The translations under genes and the position numbers were made by a program. The notes under the pieces were generated by a model that worked only from the letters and a program-made list of their open reading frames with translations, did not search any database and was not told where the DNA came from. Below, piece after piece: positions 6,838 to 11,383 of a DNA stretch of 11,383 nt. The stretch comes from Candidatus Hydrogenedentota bacterium (GTDB lineage: Bacteria > Hydrogenedentota > Hydrogenedentia > Hydrogenedentales > GCA-2746185), in contig JAYGCN010000336.1 of NCBI GenBank assembly GCA_046583315.1, positions 1-11,383 of the forward strand. The letters are read 5' to 3'. Each line of letters begins with the position of its first letter. Positions within the stretch are counted from its first letter, which is position 1.

Positions 6838-9800
6838 CTTTCGACGCGCCTTATACGCCGCTGTGGTGCAAGAGCAATTACTCTTTTCTCGAAGGCGCGA
6901 GTCATCCCGATGAACTCGTGGACGAAGCCTACCGCCTCGGACTGCGGAGCCTCGCACTCACCGATCGCGACGGGGTCTACGGATTAGTACGTGCTCATGT
7001 GCGTGCGCGGGAACTCGGTGTGCAACTCATCAGCGGTGCTCAGATGAGCGTGGGGGAAGACCGCATCCTGTTGCTCGCCGAAAACCGCGCGGGCTATGGA
7101 AACCTGTGCCGACTCATCAGCAAGGGCCGACTCCGCTCCCCCAAAGGCCTTAGCGATGTCACGTGGTCGGAAGTCTACGAGCATGCCGCCGGACTCGTCG
7201 CGTTATGGCCGGGAATGACCTCGCTGAGCAATGAGGTTTCATCCGATTTGCGCGACACCTTCGGAGATCGCCTTTACGCTTTGCTCACCCGCCATCGTCA
7301 AGCCGGAGACGAACGCCGCGAACACGCCCTGCGAGAATGGGCACGTCGTCACACTGTCCCCACCGTCGCGGGCATGGAAATTCTCTATCACACCCCCGCG
7401 CGCAGACCGTTGCAAGACATTCTCACCTGCATTCGCCACGGGGTAAGTTTGTCCACTGCCGGACGCCTCATCCGCCCCAACGCGAACCATGCGCTGTTAC
7501 CCCCCGAAGGCTTCGACCGCCTCTATGCCGACGATTCGCTATCGGTCTATCACACCACCGAAATCGCCGAACGCTGCACCTTCTCCCTCGCAGAGATTCG
7601 GTACCGGTATCCCGTGGATGAGCTGCCCAGCGGCATGAATGCCTCCGGTTGGTTTCGCGAGCTAGTCATGAACGGCGCAAAACATCGTTACAGCGGCGAC
7701 ATCCCCGACGACGTGCTCGCCCAACTCGAAAGCGAACTTGGACTCATCCACGAACTCGAATACGAGGGCTACTTTCTCACCATGCACGAAATCGTGAATT
7801 TTTGTCGCGACCATCATATCCTCTGCCAGGGACGTGGTTCCGCGGCGAACTCGGCCGTGTGTTATTGCCTCGGCATTACCGCTGTCGACCCCGTGCGCAT
7901 GGGACTGCTCTTCGAACGCTTCCTGTCCCGTGAACGCGCTGAGCCGCCGGATATCGATCTCGACATCGAACACAACCGTCGCGAAGAGGTCATCCAATAC
8001 GTCTACCGTCGCTATGATCGTCGTCACGCCGCCATGGTCGCCAACGTAATTCGGTATCGCGCGAAGTCGGCCCTGCGCGACGTAGGCAAAGCGCTCGGCC
8101 TCACCAAAATCGCCACCGAACGTCTCACCCGCCAACTTAAACATTTCGAATATCCCGGAAACGACCAGCAAACTGCTGAAGGCTTCGACGAATCCAACCC
8201 GATGCACGTGCATCTCGTGCGATTCACCAAAGAGATCGAAGGCACCCCACGCCACTTGTCCATCCACCCCGGCGGATTCCTTCTGGGCCATGAACCCGTC
8301 GACACCCTCGTGCCCATCGAACCCGCCACCATGGACGATCGCACGGTGATCCAATGGGACAAAGACGATGTGGAGGATCTCGGCCTATTCAAAGTCGACC
8401 TGCTCGGACTCGGCGCGCTCAACGTCATTCACCGCGCCTTCGATTTACTCGAAGCGCACCACAAGCAATCCTGGACCCTCGCCACCATCCCGCCCGCCGA
8501 CGAACCCACCTTCGAAATGATACGCAGCGGCGACACGGTAGGCACTTTTCAAATCGAAAGCCGCGCGCAAATGGCCATGCTGCCCCGACTCAAGCCGCGC
8601 ACCTACTACGACCTCGTCATCGAAGTCAGCATCGTGCGCCCCGGCCCCATCAGCGGTGGCATGGTGCATCCCTATCTCCGGCGACGCAACGGCGAAGAAG
8701 AAGTCACCTACCCCCACGAAATTCTCCGACCCATCCTCGAAAAAACTCTCGGCATCCCCCTCTTCCAGGAGCAAGTCATGCAACTCGCCATGGTCGCGGC
8801 AGACTACACTCCCGGTGAAGCCGATCAACTCCGTCGCGACATGGCCGCGTGGAGAAAATCCGGTCGTATCGAGCGCCATCGCGAACGCCTCATCTCGCGC
8901 ATGGTCCGCAAAGGCATCGCCCTCGAATTTGCCGAACGAGTCTTCGAACAAATCCGCGGCTTCGGTGAATACGGTTTTCCCGAGAGTCACGCCGCCAGTT
9001 TCGCGCTGCTCGCCTACGCCACCGCATGGTTACGACGCCACTATCCCGCCGCCTACCTCTGCGCAATGCTGAACGCCCAGCCCATGGGTTTCTACAGTCC
9101 CGCCACCCTCGTTGAAGATGCCAAACACCACGGCGTCGATGTGCGCGCCATCGACGTGCAGGCCAGCGACTGGGATTGCACCCTCGAAGCATCCCGAAAA
9201 ACCTTCGCAGTCCGCATGGGATTACGCTACGTGAAAGGACTCCATCTCGCCAACGCCGAAGGCATTCCCCCCGCACGCGCCAACGGTCTTTTCGCCAGCA
9301 TCGACGACCTCGCACGCCGTGCCAAGCTCGAAACGGGAGCACTCACCCGTCTTGCGGAAAGTGGTGCGCTCGATGGATTCAAAGAACGGCGTGACGCGTT
9401 GTGGGACAGTCTCGGAGTCGATCCCGAGATCACGCTGAACCTGAACGAAACCGAAGTCGCCACCACCTTCGATCCGCTGAACGATTTCGAAACCATCGAA
9501 TGGGATTACGAGCACAGTTCGCACAGCACCCGGGGGCATCCACTCGGCCCCTTACGCGAAACACTCGAAGCCCAGGGCCTGCCCGATGCCGCCACCATCC
9601 GTCTACTGCCCAATGGACGCCGCACCCGTTACGCCGGCATGGTCATCTGCCGTCAACGCCCCGGTACCGCGCGCGGCGTCGTCTTCATGACCCTCGAAGA
9701 CGAAACCGGCTTCGTTAATCTCGTGTTGTGGGAAAAAGTCTTCAAGAAATTCCAAACCATGGCCAAGACCCAGTCCTTTCTCGGCGTAACCGGAAAAATC

Positions 9801-9899
9801 CAGACGCAAGACGGCGTCACCCACCTCGTCGTCGAACAATGCTGGGTCCCTGATATCACAACAAAACCCGAACAAGTCCGCAGTCGCGATTTCCACTAA
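6834..9899 (+). CDS. dnaE2: Error-prone DNA polymerase III alpha homologue DnaE2/ImuC (1021 aa)
   Basis: PHP start [78 protein letters not shown]-fold [18 protein letters not shown], and the DnaE2-specific C-terminal SRDFH. ATGA overlap with the imuB stop. Confidence 0.98.
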   Translation: MTFDAPYTPLWCKSNYSFLEGASHPDELVDEAYRLGLRSLALTDRDGVYGLVRAHVRARELGVQLISGAQMSVGEDRILLLAENRAGYGNLCRLISKGRLRSPKGLSDVTWSEVYEHAAGLVALWPGMTSLSNEVSSDLRDTFGDRLYALLTRHRQAGDERREHALREWARRHTVPTVAGMEILYHTPARRPLQDILTCIRHGVSLSTAGRLIRPNANHALLPPEGFDRLYADDSLSVYHTTEIAERCTFSLAEIRYRYPVDELPSGMNASGWFRELVMNGAKHRYSGDIPDDVLAQLESELGLIHELEYEGYFLTMHEIVNFCRDHHILCQGRGSAANSAVCYCLGITAVDPVRMGLLFERFLSRERAEPPDIDLDIEHNRREEVIQYVYRRYDRRHAAMVANVIRYRAKSALRDVGKALGLTKIATERLTRQLKHFEYPGNDQQTAEGFDESNPMHVHLVRFTKEIEGTPRHLSIHPGGFLLGHEPVDTLVPIEPATMDDRTVIQWDKDDVEDLGLFKVDLLGLGALNVIHRAFDLLEAHHKQSWTLATIPPADEPTFEMIRSGDTVGTFQIESRAQMAMLPRLKPRTYYDLVIEVSIVRPGPISGGMVHPYLRRRNGEEEVTYPHEILRPILEKTLGIPLFQEQVMQLAMVAADYTPGEADQLRRDMAAWRKSGRIERHRERLISRMVRKGIALEFAERVFEQIRGFGEYGFPESHAASFALLAYATAWLRRHYPAAYLCAMLNAQPMGFYSPATLVEDAKHHGVDVRAIDVQASDWDCTLEASRKTFAVRMGLRYVKGLHLANAEGIPPARANGLFASIDDLARRAKLETGALTRLAESGALDGFKERRDALWDSLGVDPEITLNLNETEVATTFDPLNDFETIEWDYEHSSHSTRGHPLGPLRETLEAQGLPDAATIRLLPNGRRTRYAGMVICRQRPGTARGVVFMTLEDETGFVNLVLWEKVFKKFQTMAKTQSFLGVTGKIQTQDGVTHLVVEQCWVPDITTKPEQVRSRDFH

Positions 9900-9918
9900 A
9901 GAGAACTCACCCCCACTT

Positions 9919-10035
9919 CTCCCCGTCTCCGCAGTAAAAGGAGGCTTTCAGTTTCTTCCTTTGCGTCTTTGCGTTAAAATAAAAGCTGTTTTCGGTATCT
10001 TTCTCCGTGTCTCCGTGGTAAAAGAAAGCAGTTTC
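9919..10035 (+). repeat. Three degenerate direct repeats with 40-44 bp period and a 21-nt core
   Basis: CTCCCCGTCTCCGCAGTAAAA (9919-9939), CTTTGCGTCTTTGCGTTAAAA (9959-9979), CTCCGTGTCTCCGTGGTAAAA (10003-10023). Copies 2 and 3 are followed by AAAGCWGTTT. Confidence 0.75.
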
Positions 10036-10155
10036 CCCTCTCTTCAATCACCTTCACCCGCAACCCTTGAAATCCCCACCCACACTAAGACACACTCAAC
10101 CATGGGCATAGTAGCAACCGGGATACAATAGTCAACCAAATTCGGAGCCCCGCCG

Positions 10156-10782
10156 ATGAAAGAATTCATAAGACTGTTCGCGCTGATTGCTCTGATCTCG
10201 GGCGTTGCGACGGTTTCTTCCGTCGTATCTTGGAAGCTTCGAGGTGTTCGAGATGCAAGAATCGCAGAGAGCAAGAGCATCGCTCTAAACCCTTCGACTA
10301 ATTTGGTAGAGAAAGTGGTCAACGAAGATGGCGATGAATTTGCCGAATTGTGGGCCGTGCGGGCATGGGCAGGTAGCCCGAACTACCCGATGGCTTATGT
10401 CTATTATGAGGATGAGAGCGACAATGGTGACGCGAATGTAATCTCTGTGGAACTCTCCCCTTTAGCACACAATGATTCACGATTCGTTTTTGAGTTTGTT
10501 GGCTCTAAAGCGGATAGCGATTCCAGTTACACGCGCACCATTTGGTCAGATGATACGGGAAAAGAATTCGTGATACACACTGACCTGAATCTGGATGAAC
10601 GATTTGATCTCCTATCGGTTCCCGAGGATAACTTTATAATGTATCAGGGACGATGGACAAGATTTCCGAAGCAGGATATCGGAAGTCGGATTTTGGAAAT
10701 CGAAACGGACGACGGTAAGTTCGTACGTGTTACGTTCGAGAACGGCGAATGGGTTGCCGCTGGCCCGGACGACGAGTTGTAG
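10156..10782 (+). CDS. Hypothetical protein with N-terminal signal/membrane anchor and acidic extracytoplasmic domain (208 aa)
   Basis: SD GGAG at 10144-10147. MKEFIRLFALIALISGVATVSSVVSW is a hydrophobic N-terminus. The remainder is Asp/Glu-rich and includes DLNLDERFD. No family recognised. Confidence 0.75.
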   Translation: MKEFIRLFALIALISGVATVSSVVSWKLRGVRDARIAESKSIALNPSTNLVEKVVNEDGDEFAELWAVRAWAGSPNYPMAYVYYEDESDNGDANVISVELSPLAHNDSRFVFEFVGSKADSDSSYTRTIWSDDTGKEFVIHTDLNLDERFDLLSVPEDNFIMYQGRWTRFPKQDIGSRILEIETDDGKFVRVTFENGEWVAAGPDDEL

Positions 10783-10791
10783 CAAAACTTG

Positions 10792-10810
10792 TCCCGGCTC
10801 GGGGCCGGGA
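10792..10810. terminator. GC-rich hairpin (REP-like element or terminator) just after the hypothetical gene
   Basis: TCCCGGC-TCGGG-GCCGGGA forms a perfect 7-bp stem starting 10 nt after the stop. There is no plus-strand U tract; the minus strand continues CAAGTTTT. Confidence 0.45.
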
Positions 10811-11079
10811 TCACACTGCCACGACGCCACATTGCATGGCTCTAAATTGTCAATAATTTACCTTTGTAACCCCAATTTCAATATGCTCTTACGACGCGCA
10901 CCGTATTGTTTCCCATACCCACAGATCCACCATCGCGCCGTGCATGGACCTATTATTTCCCGACGCGCCTAAGCCCAACCCGGACGCGACCCTGCAACGC
11001 CGGGATCCAGTCTACAGAAGGGTACGGCGGTGCGCCCGGTGCGGGGAGTGGTTTGGTTTTGCAGCGATGAACAAGGCTG

Positions 11080-11383
11080 CTAAACGAAGGAGCTGCCTTG
11101 TGGAATGAAGCTGCGCGCGCCGAAGTAGTCGATGTAGCGCACGGACCAATGGCTCCATTGACGGTCTTCGTCGGACTTCCATTGGTGGTAGTAATCCAAT
11201 AGGTGACTGTAAAGTGCCTGCGCATCCTCAAGGTCATCTTCGCGCTCGGTCAGGTGAAACTCGCGCGCCTCATAGGTTTCCCAGGGACACACGTAGATCC
11301 GGCGACGATCGATTTTTCCGTCCACCGCACCATCGACACGACGATCTTCCAGCACGATATCCACGCGATCACGTTTCGTCATG
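11080..11383 (-). CDS. Hypothetical protein, probably the C-terminal part of a gene extending beyond the window
   Basis: A 100-codon open frame runs to the window edge with natural-looking composition (DGAVDGKIDRRRIYVCPWE...YIDYFGARSFIP). The ATG at 11382 may be internal. No family recognised. Confidence 0.65.
   Translation of the reverse strand, partial: MTKRDRVDIVLEDRRVDGAVDGKIDRRRIYVCPWETYEAREFHLTEREDDLEDAQALYSHLLDYYHQWKSDEDRQWSHWSVRYIDYFGARSFIPQGSSFV

Noticed and set aside
7662..8990. Long antisense ORFs inside dnaE2 (230 aa, 181 aa) and similar overlapping ORFs elsewhere in the window
   Set aside because: These are expected shadows of biased codon usage in GC-rich genes and show no recognisable motifs.
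9919..10035. Possible mini CRISPR array
   Set aside because: The cores differ at many positions, the linkers are only about 19-23 nt and resemble each other, and no cas genes are present in the window.
10067..10131. TTGAAA-N18-CACACT-N5-ATG followed by a 9-codon ORF (MGIVATGIQ) in frame with the downstream gene, as a possible leader peptide or truncated gene start
   Set aside because: The -10 is weak and the ORF is short enough to arise by chance; there is no independent support.
10727..11237. Small ORFs 10727-10972(+) and 10953-11237(-)
   Set aside because: They overlap better-supported genes, lack an SD or recognisable motifs, and have low-complexity composition.

Overview
Bacterial chromosomal window, moderately GC-rich. 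In order: the 3' part of a sulfatase (+); a convergent DksA/TraR-type C4 zinc-finger gene (-); a divergent three-gene unit of a TetR/WHG regulator, a Zn-dependent alcohol dehydrogenase and an uncharacterised FAD/NAD(P)-binding oxidoreductase (+); a complete lexA-less imuA-imuB-dnaE2 SOS mutagenesis cassette (+); an AT-richer membrane-anchored hypothetical gene (+); and a convergent, probably 5'-truncated hypothetical gene (-). The most informative signals are non-coding. (i) A LexA-like box lies between the -35 and -10 of imuA, and a second near-consensus box overlaps the -10 of the dksA/traR-like gene. This suggests an atypical RNA-polymerase-binding factor co-regulated with the mutasome, possibly once directly divergent from it. 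(ii) All three first-in-unit genes have a -10 hexamer exactly 6 nt before a Shine-Dalgarno-less ATG, which suggests leaderless mRNAs. (iii) An octamer-periodic repeat family occurs after the sulfatase and after dnaE2. All functional calls come from motif recognition by eye; no database searches were run.
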